From a virus, in the UHGV virus genome UHGV-0106768: 44,108 nt of DNA; one strand, given 5' to 3'. The notes beneath the pieces are model-generated. The model was not told the DNA's origin, did no database searches, and saw only the letters and a program-made list of their open reading frames with translations. The stretch's first letter is position 1. Each line of letters starts with the position of its first letter. The translations under genes and the position numbers were made by a program. Shown here in pieces: positions 9,248-18,647 of the stretch.

Positions 9248-10297
9248 ATGAAACAAGGCAGATCATTACCGGAAGTGCTGACTGAGCTTCAGCGTCAGAA
9301 TGCGGCAAAGCAGGACTACATCGGTGCAGCGGAGGCTTTCCGTCTGGACGAGGACGGCAGCACATTCAATATTGGCACCGACCACAGCTTCGGCACCACG
9401 CAGCTTTTTCATCGTCAGGTGGCATCGGCGCTTGGCATTCCGGCGAAATACTACGATATGATGCAGAAACAGAAGCCCGATCTTCTGGCAGACAATGTGA
9501 ATGCATGGTTCAGTGACAAGGGCAGCAGCTACATGGTGCGTACCCTTGATTACGGCAGCGGACAGGTTGCGAGAGCCTTTCTGTCTGACCGTTACCGCCG
9601 TATCGATAACCTTGAAATTGCCTCGGCTGTTCTCCCGATTTTCGCCGGACAGGAAGGCATGGAGGTCATGAGCTGCGAGGTCACAGAGAATAAGCTGTAT
9701 CTGAAGATCGTCAATCACCGTCTGGAAATGGCGTGTGTCGGTGACCGTGTGCAGGCAGGTGTCATCATCTCCAATTCGGAGGTTGGACTCGGTGCTGTGT
9801 CTGTTCAGCCGCTTGTCTATACACTTGCCTGCACCAACGGCATGGTGGTCAACAGTATGGGCGAACGCCGTACCCATGTGGGCAGAGCTGCGAAGGCGCT
9901 GGAAGACAGCTTCAATATCTACACAGATGAAACCCTCGAAGCCGAAGATAAGGCATTCATGCTGAAGCTCCGTGATACCACAATGGCAGCAATTGAAGAG
10001 GCTCGTTTCGCACAGATCATCGGTGTGTTGGAGCAGAGCCACGGCGCAAAGATCACAGGACGTGTGCAGGATGTCATCGAACTGACCGGCAAGGCGTATG
10101 ACCTGAATCAGCCGGAACAGGACAGCATTCTGAACTATCTCATCAAGGGCGGCGATCTTTCCCTCTATGGTCTGAGCAATGCCATCACACGCGCTTCGCA
10201 GGATGTAGATTCCTACGACAGAGCCACTGCGTTAGAGGGCATCGGCTGGCAGGTGGCGACCATGCCTGCAAATCAGTGGAAGGAGATCAACGCATGA
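9248..10297 (+). CDS. DUF932-like phage/plasmid protein (tentative)
   Basis: ATG 9248 with GAGGAGGA RBS; 349 aa; family assignment from memory of motif pattern only. Confidence 0.45.
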   Translation: MKQGRSLPEVLTELQRQNAAKQDYIGAAEAFRLDEDGSTFNIGTDHSFGTTQLFHRQVASALGIPAKYYDMMQKQKPDLLADNVNAWFSDKGSSYMVRTLDYGSGQVARAFLSDRYRRIDNLEIASAVLPIFAGQEGMEVMSCEVTENKLYLKIVNHRLEMACVGDRVQAGVIISNSEVGLGAVSVQPLVYTLACTNGMVVNSMGERRTHVGRAAKALEDSFNIYTDETLEAEDKAFMLKLRDTTMAAIEEARFAQIIGVLEQSHGAKITGRVQDVIELTGKAYDLNQPEQDSILNYLIKGGDLSLYGLSNAITRASQDVDSYDRATALEGIGWQVATMPANQWKEINA

Positions 10298-10527
10298 GCA
10301 GAACCTGGAAAGACAGAAAAGGATATAAAACACGCAGAAAACGACACGGATATCCTGTGCCGGAAATCTGCAATTACACACGCGGCAGCTATGAAGATTA
10401 TGACCACAGCGATGAGGAACTGTATGTCGATGACCAGTGCTGCGAGAACTGCCGCTTTTGCGGATGTTGCCGTCATACACCGTTCCCGTCGGGCTGGTGC
10501 GAATACTGGAAGGACGGCACACATTGA
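10294..10527 (+). CDS. small Cys-rich hypothetical protein
   Basis: ATG overlaps the upstream stop (ATGA); GGAAGGAG RBS; CCENCRFCGCC cluster. Confidence 0.5.
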   Translation: MSRTWKDRKGYKTRRKRHGYPVPEICNYTRGSYEDYDHSDEELYVDDQCCENCRFCGCCRHTPFPSGWCEYWKDGTH

Positions 10528-10964
10528 GAGAATATGTTGTCGAAAACGAGTTTATCAAGGCGGTAAAAGCGGCAGGCGGTGTGGCATACAAGCTGACATC
10601 GCAGACCGCAAACGGACTGCCGGACAGACTCGTTCTGTTCCCGGCGGCAAAGACGATTTTCGTGGAGCTGAAAGCACCGGGGAAAATGATGCGACCGTTG
10701 CAGCGTAAAAGACGGTATCAGCTTATGAAACTCGGCTTTCCGGTGCTGTGCATTGACAGGATGCCGCAGATCAAGCCGTTCATATCAGCAGCATTGTCAT
10801 GGACACCCGGTGAGCCGTTCCCGGAAGGCATCGGTGCGAAGATACCCGATCTGGAAAGGGCAACGCTGCCGACGGATATGGATAACTTCGGGGAAACGCT
10901 TGAACCCATCGATCCAGACAATCTGATAGAGTTTTATGAAATAGAGGACGGTGATGATGCATGA
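10524..10964 (+). CDS. VRR-NUC domain nuclease
   Basis: GLPDRLVLFP...FVELKAPG...LQRKRRYQ pattern; probable TTG start at 10524 (ORF track gives overlapping ATG 10437). Confidence 0.6.
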   Translation: MREYVVENEFIKAVKAAGGVAYKLTSQTANGLPDRLVLFPAAKTIFVELKAPGKMMRPLQRKRRYQLMKLGFPVLCIDRMPQIKPFISAALSWTPGEPFPEGIGAKIPDLERATLPTDMDNFGETLEPIDPDNLIEFYEIEDGDDA

Positions 10965-11458
10965 TTAACCCTAAACGCAGAGCTGTGAGAAAAAGCTGCT
11001 CATACTGCGGAACTGTCTTTACCTATGTCGGAAGTCATGGTACAAGAAATAAGCATTTTTTCTGTTCTCATGAATGCTATATTGCCTTTAAGACAAAGAA
11101 AGCAGAAGTGAAATGCGATTGGTGCGGCAAATCAATGCTGAAAAAACGCTCTGAAATATGGAGAACGGATCACAATTTCTGCTGCCCCGAATGCTGTTTA
11201 CTGTATAGGCAAAAGCAAGGCGAAACTTCATGGAATCATCGTGTGAATGGAATAACCGTACACAGGGGCATTTTGGAGAAGAAGCTCGGACGAGAACTGC
11301 GTGCGGATGAAGAAGTACACCATATCGATGGTAACCATTTCAATAATGATCCGGACAATCTCATCGCCCTTTCCAAATCGGAACACGCCAAAATTCATTC
11401 TTCTTGGAAAGCGAGGGACGAGTATGGAAAATACGTTAAAACGCAGTCAGATTCATGA
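10961..11458 (+). CDS. HNH endonuclease (free-standing, homing-endonuclease-like)
   Basis: Cys-rich N-terminus plus HNH motif EVHHIDGNHFNNDPDNLIALSKSEHAKIH; overlaps both neighbours. Confidence 0.75.
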   Translation: MINPKRRAVRKSCSYCGTVFTYVGSHGTRNKHFFCSHECYIAFKTKKAEVKCDWCGKSMLKKRSEIWRTDHNFCCPECCLLYRQKQGETSWNHRVNGITVHRGILEKKLGRELRADEEVHHIDGNHFNNDPDNLIALSKSEHAKIHSSWKARDEYGKYVKTQSDS

Positions 11459-12806
11459 ATACCAAAAATACTGTGTTGACTTTATTAAGTCTCATCCCGT
11501 ATCAGCACTCTTTTTGGATTGCGGACTTGGAAAGACGATCATTTCATTGACTGCAATATATGATCTAATGTTTGATGAGCTGAAGGTATTTAAAGTTCTT
11601 GTAATTGCCCCTCTAAGAGTGACAAATGTCTGGAAAGCGGAGGTTCAGAAATGGAGTCATCTGCAAGATGTTGATGTTGCGATAGTAGTCGGAACTGTAA
11701 AACAGCGGATTGCTGCGATTAACAGTAACGCTCTTGTTTACGCTGTCAACCGTGAAAATGTGAAGTGGCTCGTAGAGTATTACGAGAAAAACGGTCTTCG
11801 TTGGGATTTTGACATGATTGTCATTGACGAGCTGAGTTCCTTCAAAAACTACCAGTCACAGCGGTTCAAATGGTTGCGTAAGGTTCGGCCTTTCGTGAAG
11901 CGCTGGGTAGGCTTGACAGGTACGCCGACTTCCAACGGACTCATGGACTTATGGGCAGAGATCGGTATCCTTGACGGCGGTGAGAGGCTTGGACGATTTA
12001 TCGGGCGTTTCCGAGAGTCTTACTTCAAGCCTGCATCCATGAACCCAAGTACGGGTGTGGTGTTCTCATATACACCCCGTCCCGGTGCGGAGGAACAGAT
12101 ATATCAGAAGATCTCCGACATCACCATTTCTATGAAAGCACTGGACTATCTGGATATGCCTGAATGCGTGTATGTCAATCATGAGGTCGAGATGAATGCA
12201 GCGGAGCGAAAGCTCTACGATCAGTTGAAGCACGACCTCATTATCCCGCTTGAGGACGGCGACATTGATGCCGCCAACGCTGCATCGCTTTCCAATAAAC
12301 TGCTCCAGATGGCGAACGGCGCGGTCTATGATGAGAACAAGGAAACACGCACCATTCACAGCCGCAAGCTGGAGATGCTGGAAGACCTGATCGAATCGGC
12401 AAACGGACAACCTGTGCTGATCGGTTACTGGTTCAAGCATGACCGCACCCGAATTATAGAGCATCTGACCGCTTGTGGTTATGCTCCGAGGGATATTAAG
12501 GATTCCGACGATATCACTGACTGGAACGCCGGAAAGATCAGTGTTGCTCTGATACATCCGGCTTCGGCAGGACACGGACTGAATATCCAGTCCGGCGGTC
12601 ATATCCTGATCTGGTTTGGCCTGACATGGAGTCTGGAGCTGTATCAGCAGACCAATGCAAGACTCTGGCGGCAGGGGCAGCAGCACACTGTTACTATCCA
12701 TCACATCGTAACAAAAGACACAGTAGATGAAGATGTCCTGAAAGCTCTCGCTTCAAAGGACGTGACGCAGGAGAAGCTGATCGCAGCAGTCAAGGCAAGA
12801 TTGTAA
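11424..12806 (+). CDS. SNF2-family helicase
   Basis: Walker A-like LDCGLGKT, DEAD-like IVIDELSSFKN, motif III LTGTPTSNG, C-terminal helicase motifs; ATG 11424 with RBS. Confidence 0.8.
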   Translation: MENTLKRSQIHEYQKYCVDFIKSHPVSALFLDCGLGKTIISLTAIYDLMFDELKVFKVLVIAPLRVTNVWKAEVQKWSHLQDVDVAIVVGTVKQRIAAINSNALVYAVNRENVKWLVEYYEKNGLRWDFDMIVIDELSSFKNYQSQRFKWLRKVRPFVKRWVGLTGTPTSNGLMDLWAEIGILDGGERLGRFIGRFRESYFKPASMNPSTGVVFSYTPRPGAEEQIYQKISDITISMKALDYLDMPECVYVNHEVEMNAAERKLYDQLKHDLIIPLEDGDIDAANAASLSNKLLQMANGAVYDENKETRTIHSRKLEMLEDLIESANGQPVLIGYWFKHDRTRIIEHLTACGYAPRDIKDSDDITDWNAGKISVALIHPASAGHGLNIQSGGHILIWFGLTWSLELYQQTNARLWRQGQQHTVTIHHIVTKDTVDEDVLKALASKDVTQEKLIAAVKARL

Positions 12807-12902
12807 CAATATACAGTCTGTATGATCCACCCCTTATTGACGACAGGAAGACGGCAAAGCGGCGACAATTCGGTTACGCCGCAAACCACGGAGGTGAAAA
12901 CT

Positions 12903-13388
12903 ATGGCTCGTAAGAACAAACGCCTAAAAACAGAATACCACAGAGGGCTCGGCTTTGATCCGAGAAAATATATTACGGCACCGGTGCAGCACCACACCAT
13001 CGCTCACAAGCCGCAGCGCGGTGACATCTGGTTTGCGGATCTTGGCTGTCATCCGGATTCCAGCGTGCAGAGCGGCATCCGTCCGGTTATCATTCTCTCG
13101 AATGATATGGGCAATGCACACGCCGACACGGTCAATATCATTCCCATGACGCGGCATCTGAAAAAGCCGGAGCTGCCGTGCCATACGCATCTGTTCCCCG
13201 ACAGTATTTCCGATCTTCATCAGCATCTATATCCGTCCATGATCCTGGCGGAGCAGCTCACGACTGTCAGCAAGCATGCGCTTCGCAGCTATGCCGGACA
13301 TATCTCGGACGCCGATGCGATGAACCGTATTGAAACCGCTGTCATTGCACAGCTTTTCATTGAAAGGAGACATTCCGAATGCCTGTAA
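12903..13388 (+). CDS. MazF/PemK-like endoribonuclease-fold protein with ~38-aa basic N-terminal extension
   Basis: RGDIWFADLG...GIRPVIILSND...VNIIPMT pattern; GGAGGTGA RBS 5 nt upstream of ATG 12903. Confidence 0.65.
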   Translation: MARKNKRLKTEYHRGLGFDPRKYITAPVQHHTIAHKPQRGDIWFADLGCHPDSSVQSGIRPVIILSNDMGNAHADTVNIIPMTRHLKKPELPCHTHLFPDSISDLHQHLYPSMILAEQLTTVSKHALRSYAGHISDADAMNRIETAVIAQLFIERRHSECL

Positions 13389-15808
13389 ATTTCGTAAATA
13401 TCCCGGACGCACTGAAGCAGTCGGCATCCTTCTGTGTCTGGAAGCTGGAAAAGAGATCCGGACGCCCCACAAAAGTGCCGTACAATCCGAGAACCGGCAA
13501 CATGGCAAAAACCAACGAGCCGGACACCTTCACCGACTTCAAGACCGCTATGAAAGCGTATGCGATTGGCGGCTGGAACGGCATCGGCTACAGAGTTTCC
13601 GAGGGAATCGGTGCAATCGACATCGACCACTGTATCCGGGAGGACGGCAGCCTGAATGATGTGGCAGCATCCATTCTCGGTATCTTCAGCACTGCCTACT
13701 TTGAACGCTCTCCATCCGGCACCGGACTGCGCGGCTTCTTCAAACTCAGCCCTGAGTTTGCCTACGATAAGACTGTGTACTACATCAACAACCGCAAACA
13801 CGGTCTGGAGGTCTATCTGCCCGGAACGACCAACCGCTTTGTAACTGTTACGGGAGATATGTTCCGTCCCGGTACCGTTGAGCGTGATGATGATGCACTC
13901 CGCAATCTGCTTGACACCTTCATGAAGCGCAGCACCCGTGTATCAAATAAGACGATCGAGCCTGCATCCTATCTTGATGACGAGGGTGTCATCGCACACG
14001 CATTCGCCTCTGCTTCTGGTGATAAATTCAAAGCACTCTACGAGGGACACTGGGAGGAAGGCTATGATTCGCAGTCTGATGCAGACATGGCGTTCGTGTC
14101 CATGCTGTGCTTCTGGTGCGGCAATGTGGAGGAGCAGATCGACCGTATCTTCCGAACTTCCGGTCTGATGCGTGATAAGTGGGATCGTATGACCGGTGAC
14201 AGGACCTACGGTCAGATCACGATCCGCAATGCCATCGCATCGACATCCGAGATCTATACACCTATTGCGGACTCCTCCGCAGAGGATGATTTTGAAGATA
14301 TTGAGGGCGAGACAGATACAGAGCAGCTGATGTTTGAGCCGGATTTCACCCACATCACCCTGACGCTGGAACAGATGCAGCCGCACACAAATCCTCGCTA
14401 TCAGCGTGACGAGATCGGTATTGGCTATGCATTTGCGGATTACTATAAGCCAATCGCTCATTTCGACCGTGAGCGCGGTATCTGGTATGTCTTTGACGGG
14501 AAGGTGTGGCAGCCGGACGAAAATGCTCTCGCTGTGGCGGAGATTGCAAAGCGTCTGGCAGACAGGCTGTATACCTTCGCCCTTCAGATCAAGGATGAGG
14601 ATACTCGAAACAGGTATATCAAGCGTGTACAGAAGCTCCAACTCCGCAAAAACCGCCGCACCATGATCGAAGATGCGAAATCCGTGTATCCAGTGCCGCA
14701 CGCTATCTTTGACCGCAATACCGATCTGTTCAACAGTCAGAACGGCACGCTGAACCTCACCACAGGTGAATTCCGTCCGCACGATCCGGCAGACTTTCTC
14801 ACCATGATGTCCGGTGTCACCTATGATCCGAATGCCACCTGTCCGAGATGGGAGCAGTTCATTTCCGAAGTTATGTGTAACGATGCTGACCTCGCATTAT
14901 ACTTGCAAAAAGCCCTCGGATATGCGCTTACCGGCGACACATCGCTCGAATGCCTGTTCATCCTCTACGGTGCGACCTCCCGAAACGGAAAAGGCACCAC
15001 AATGGAGACATTTCTGAAGATCATGGGTGATTACGGCAAAACCTCCAATCCGGAGATGCTGTCTACAAAATTCGGCAACACCAATGCGTCCGGACCGTCT
15101 GAGGAGATTGCTCGCCTTGCGGGTGTGCGTTTCGTTAATATCTCCGAGCCGGAGAAGAAGATCACCTTCAATGCAGCACTGGTAAAGCGTATGACGGGTA
15201 ACGATACACTGAATGCTCGTTTTCTGCATGAGAACAGCTTCGATTTCAAGCCGAATTTCAAGATCTTCATCAATACGAATTACAAACCGTCCGTTTCTGA
15301 TATGACACTGTTTTACTCCAACCGTCTGAAGCTCATTCCGTTCAAACGCCATTTTGAGGAGCATGAGCAGGACAAAGGTCTGAAAGCATTTTTCAGTACG
15401 GATGTCTGCCTCTCTGCCATCTTTAACTGGTGCTATGAAGGATATAAGCGGTTTCGTTCCGAAGGTCTGGAGGATCCGGCTGCTGTTTCTCAGGCAACCA
15501 AGGAGTATCAGGAGGAGTCTGACCGCATCGGTCAGTTTGTGGATGCATGGCTCGAAGAAGGCGAAGCATTTGAAGTTCGTACCTCTGCGGCATATAAGCT
15601 GTACGGTGAATGGTGCGATAAGTATGGCTACCGCAAGGAGAACAGCACCAACTTCAATAATGCGATTCAGCGTTTCTTCCCCATCGTGCGTAAGCGTCCG
15701 AACGATACAAAGGGTGCGCAGAAAACAACAATGCTTGTGGGGTGCCGTTTCCTGGATCATGAAAACGGCGAAGCTGACGAACCGGATGAGTTTGCTGCCT
15801 TGGAGTAA
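13379..15808 (+). CDS. DNA primase/helicase (prim-pol-like N-terminal domain plus P4/D5-type helicase)
   Basis: 809 aa; Walker A GATSRNGKGT; N-terminal bifunctional primase-polymerase-like region; AAGGAGA RBS. Confidence 0.8.
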   Translation: MPVNFVNIPDALKQSASFCVWKLEKRSGRPTKVPYNPRTGNMAKTNEPDTFTDFKTAMKAYAIGGWNGIGYRVSEGIGAIDIDHCIREDGSLNDVAASILGIFSTAYFERSPSGTGLRGFFKLSPEFAYDKTVYYINNRKHGLEVYLPGTTNRFVTVTGDMFRPGTVERDDDALRNLLDTFMKRSTRVSNKTIEPASYLDDEGVIAHAFASASGDKFKALYEGHWEEGYDSQSDADMAFVSMLCFWCGNVEEQIDRIFRTSGLMRDKWDRMTGDRTYGQITIRNAIASTSEIYTPIADSSAEDDFEDIEGETDTEQLMFEPDFTHITLTLEQMQPHTNPRYQRDEIGIGYAFADYYKPIAHFDRERGIWYVFDGKVWQPDENALAVAEIAKRLADRLYTFALQIKDEDTRNRYIKRVQKLQLRKNRRTMIEDAKSVYPVPHAIFDRNTDLFNSQNGTLNLTTGEFRPHDPADFLTMMSGVTYDPNATCPRWEQFISEVMCNDADLALYLQKALGYALTGDTSLECLFILYGATSRNGKGTTMETFLKIMGDYGKTSNPEMLSTKFGNTNASGPSEEIARLAGVRFVNISEPEKKITFNAALVKRMTGNDTLNARFLHENSFDFKPNFKIFINTNYKPSVSDMTLFYSNRLKLIPFKRHFEEHEQDKGLKAFFSTDVCLSAIFNWCYEGYKRFRSEGLEDPAAVSQATKEYQEESDRIGQFVDAWLEEGEAFEVRTSAAYKLYGEWCDKYGYRKENSTNFNNAIQRFFPIVRKRPNDTKGAQKTTMLVGCRFLDHENGEADEPDEFAALE

Positions 15809-15846
15809 AAGTAGACTTTTCTCCGTATTTGCGCTGTTTTCCGCAG

Positions 15847-15936
15847 TTGGGGCAACGTGGGGCAAGTTTTTTCGGTGGTTATTATTATTACTTCTCTTTA
15901 TATATATTACTATTTTTACTTGCCCCTACTTGCCCC
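15847..15936. repeat. putative replication origin: two GGGGCAA repeats, AT-rich spacer, two inverted TTGCCCC repeats
   Basis: GGGGCAAG at 15859-15866 is the exact reverse complement of CTTGCCCC at 15919-15926 and 15929-15936; ~50 bp of >85% AT between; further CCTTGCC/GGCAAGG inverted pair at 16021-16076. Confidence 0.5.
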
Positions 15937-16114
15937 AAATAAATAAAAACAATAGAAAAGATAAGAAGAATAGAGGATTTTCACTGATTTGAACCATTAC
16001 CCATTTTGCACTGTTTTGAACCTTGCCCGATGCTGTCACTGACAAAGAGTGTGTAAGCGACAAAGCGTGGCAAGGTCAAAATCCAACGATCAATCATGCA
16101 GGAGGAACAAGAAT

Positions 16115-17209
16115 ATGAGAATCATCACTTCAGAACAGGTATCCGCAGGACACCCCGACAAGATCTGTGACCAGATCGCAGATGCTATCGTGACCGACTG
16201 CCTGCAGCATGACCACAACAGCCGTGTCGCCATCGAGTGCCTTTTCAAGAACCGCTTCCTTGTGATCGCCGGTGAACTGACCAGCACCCATGAGCCCGAC
16301 TACAAGGCACTGGTGCAGAGCGTGTTTGACCGCATCAACAACGGCGGAGCAGAGAGTACCGATGCAGGTTTTGATTACAAGCTGGATTTCACAGCCGATG
16401 ATCTGGACATTGCGATTCTGGTCGATCACCAGAGTAGCGACATTGCCCTCGGTGTGAATACCGGCGGTGCAGGAGATCAGGGTATGATGTACGGCTATGC
16501 GACCAACGAAACGCCGGAGATGCTCCCGATCCCCTTCGTGCTGGCTACCAGATTTCTGGAACTGCTGAAAGCCTACCCCTGCCGTATGCTGAAAGCCGAC
16601 GCAAAGGCACAGGTCAGCTATGACTATGACAGCGGTCGCATTACCACCTTCCTCTGCTCGGTGCAGCATACACACGATGTGGATGTTGAGGACTTCAAGC
16701 CCATCATCGAAAAGCTGATGGTGAGAACGGCAACCGAATACGGGCTGAATACAGACTTTGCAAAGCTCGTCAACCCGACCGGCAGATTTGTCATAGGCAG
16801 TTCCTTTGCGGACTGCGGCGTTACCGGACGCAAGCTCGCCTGCGATACCTATGGCGGTATCGGGCATATCGGCGGCGGTGCAATGTCCGGCAAAGATCCG
16901 TCTAAGGTTGACCGCAGCGGCGCATATGCAGCAAGAAAAATCGCAAGGGATATCGTCAGTGCCGGATATGCGGATATGGCAGAGGTGCAGATCGCATATG
17001 CCATCGGCGTGGCAGAACCCGTATCCGTGTATGTGGAAACCTTCGGCACGGAGCATCAGGATACGGAGTTCATCAGCCAGTATGTCCGTGAGAACTACGA
17101 CCTGACACCGAGAGGTATCATTGAAGGACTGCATTTGCTGGATGTGGACTACAACGCTGTTTCCGCATACGGACACTTCGGAAAACAGAACCTTCCGTGG
17201 GAACTATAA
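16115..17209 (+). CDS. metK: S-adenosylmethionine synthetase (MetK)
   Basis: SEQVSAGHPDKICDQIADAI N-terminus, GAGDQGMMYGYA and GGGAMSGKDPSKVDRSGAYAARKIA motifs; CAGGAGGA RBS. Confidence 0.85.
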   Translation: MRIITSEQVSAGHPDKICDQIADAIVTDCLQHDHNSRVAIECLFKNRFLVIAGELTSTHEPDYKALVQSVFDRINNGGAESTDAGFDYKLDFTADDLDIAILVDHQSSDIALGVNTGGAGDQGMMYGYATNETPEMLPIPFVLATRFLELLKAYPCRMLKADAKAQVSYDYDSGRITTFLCSVQHTHDVDVEDFKPIIEKLMVRTATEYGLNTDFAKLVNPTGRFVIGSSFADCGVTGRKLACDTYGGIGHIGGGAMSGKDPSKVDRSGAYAARKIARDIVSAGYADMAEVQIAYAIGVAEPVSVYVETFGTEHQDTEFISQYVRENYDLTPRGIIEGLHLLDVDYNAVSAYGHFGKQNLPWEL

Positions 17210-17236
17210 TAAATTTTTTGAAATTTTTTTTTGATT

Positions 17237-17280
17237 GGATACCCACAAAATGCCCTCTCCCACGACAGTATATGAGGGGC
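17237..17280. repeat. conserved ~45-bp element, copy 2
   Basis: GGATACCCACAAAATGCCCTCTCCCACGACAGTATATGAGGGGC; matches 3398..3442 with stem-preserving differences. Confidence 0.6.
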
Positions 17281-17360
17281 GTTGCTCAGACCGAACAACA
17301 CATCATTTGCGGGGCTGACCGTCCCTCACCAAATATCAACACAGGAAGGAGGCAGAGACA

Positions 17361-17720
17361 ATGCCGAGCAGACCAAAGACACCATGCCGTCACCCCGGCT
17401 GTGCGGCGCTCGTACCCTACGGTGCGAAGTACTGCGGCAAGCACCGTTCTCTCCATCCGGAGGATACACGCTCCGCAGGCAGTCGAGGCTATGGCACCGC
17501 ATGGAACAAGGCCCGCAAGCGTTACCTTGAGACGCATCCGCTGTGTGTGGAGTGCATGAAGCAAGGACGCTACGTCAAGGCGACCGATGTGGATCACATC
17601 ATGCCGCACCGAGGAGACAATGTTCTCTTCTGGGATCAGAGCAACTGGCAGAGCCTCTGCCACCGACACCACAGCATCAAAACCAGAAACGAGGATCACA
17701 CCCCTGAGTACAAGTACTGA
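17361..17720 (+). CDS. HNH endonuclease
   Basis: CxxC...CxxC plus VDHIMPH...N.Q.LCH..H..K motif; AGGAAGGAGG RBS. Confidence 0.8.
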   Translation: MPSRPKTPCRHPGCAALVPYGAKYCGKHRSLHPEDTRSAGSRGYGTAWNKARKRYLETHPLCVECMKQGRYVKATDVDHIMPHRGDNVLFWDQSNWQSLCHRHHSIKTRNEDHTPEYKY

Positions 17721-18177
17721 CTGCGGCTCACCAACTTACTCTGCGATTCAGACTCGGCTCAGGGGTGTACCTATGGGCGGGGCTGGGGGCTGGGGCTGCC
17801 CGCCGGGGCGGGTTCATTTCTCTGTGTGAAAGCGAACACAAGACCGTCGGCCCCTCTCGTGTGAAAAAACGCGAATTTGCAAGGGCCCCGGTCATTTGGG
17901 ACACTGACAGAGATATATTAGCTGTAAATGAAATACTGTGCAGAAAACAGAAAACGCAGATTTTTCGTGCTTTTCCATATGCTGCCGTAGGAAACTGCGG
18001 CCGCAGGATACATACAGAGTTTCGTTACAAAATGCACTGTAAAACGGCGAATTTACGTCAAAAAGCGATAGAATTAGCACATTTTTAGCGCCAAACCGCA
18101 TTTTACAGTTTTATTCTTGGCGGAGCCCGTGTGGATACCGAAAACCGCATAAAATCAGAAGTTTCGAGGTGAATCAG

Positions 18178-18471
18178 ATGACAGATTCTCAAAAATATCA
18201 AGTACGAATTATGCGGATGCAGGGCATTGGATATAAGGCAATAGCAAGGTCGCTGGGCTTGAAAACCAATCAGGTGCAGCTCTTTTGCAAGGCTCACGGT
18301 CTTGCAGGAGACAATCATCTGGTCGATGTCAACTATCAAATCTGGTGTCAGCAAAACAACCGCTGTCCGGTCTGCGGTGCAAAAATCGATCAGCCGAGAA
18401 TCGGACGCAGGAAGAGATTCTGCTCCGGTCGGTGCAGAACGAAATACTGCCGTGAGCAGAAAGGAGAATGA
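18178..18471 (+). CDS. small HTH / zinc-ribbon protein
   Basis: ATG 18178 with GAGGTGA RBS (ORF track starts at GTG 18169); CPVCG...CSGRC. Confidence 0.5.
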   Translation: MTDSQKYQVRIMRMQGIGYKAIARSLGLKTNQVQLFCKAHGLAGDNHLVDVNYQIWCQQNNRCPVCGAKIDQPRIGRRKRFCSGRCRTKYCREQKGE

Positions 18472-18473
18472 GA

Positions 18474-18647
18474 ATGCTTGTAACAGTTTTATGCCTTACC
18501 TACATGATGATCATTATCCTGATCCATGCGATCTGGATCAGCTCAATCATCAAGCATGACGGCAAATGCCACTTTGGTAACTGCAGCCGCTGTCCGTATG
18601 ACGGCTATTGCCCGATGCAGGAAGGAGATACACATGGAGACAAGTAA
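18474..18647 (+). CDS. small hydrophobic (membrane) protein with Cys-rich tail
   Basis: 57-aa ORF below the ORF-track cutoff; AGGAGA RBS 6 nt upstream; LVTVLCLTYMMIIILIHAIWISSII hydrophobic stretch. Confidence 0.35.
   Translation: MLVTVLCLTYMMIIILIHAIWISSIIKHDGKCHFGNCSRCPYDGYCPMQEGDTHGDK

Noticed and set aside
10437-10527. ORF-track start ATG 10437 for the VRR-NUC gene
   Set aside because: It would overlap the upstream Cys-rich gene by 90 nt; an in-frame TTG at 10524 with a GGAAGGA RBS gives an N-terminus typical of VRR-NUC proteins. The start remains uncertain.
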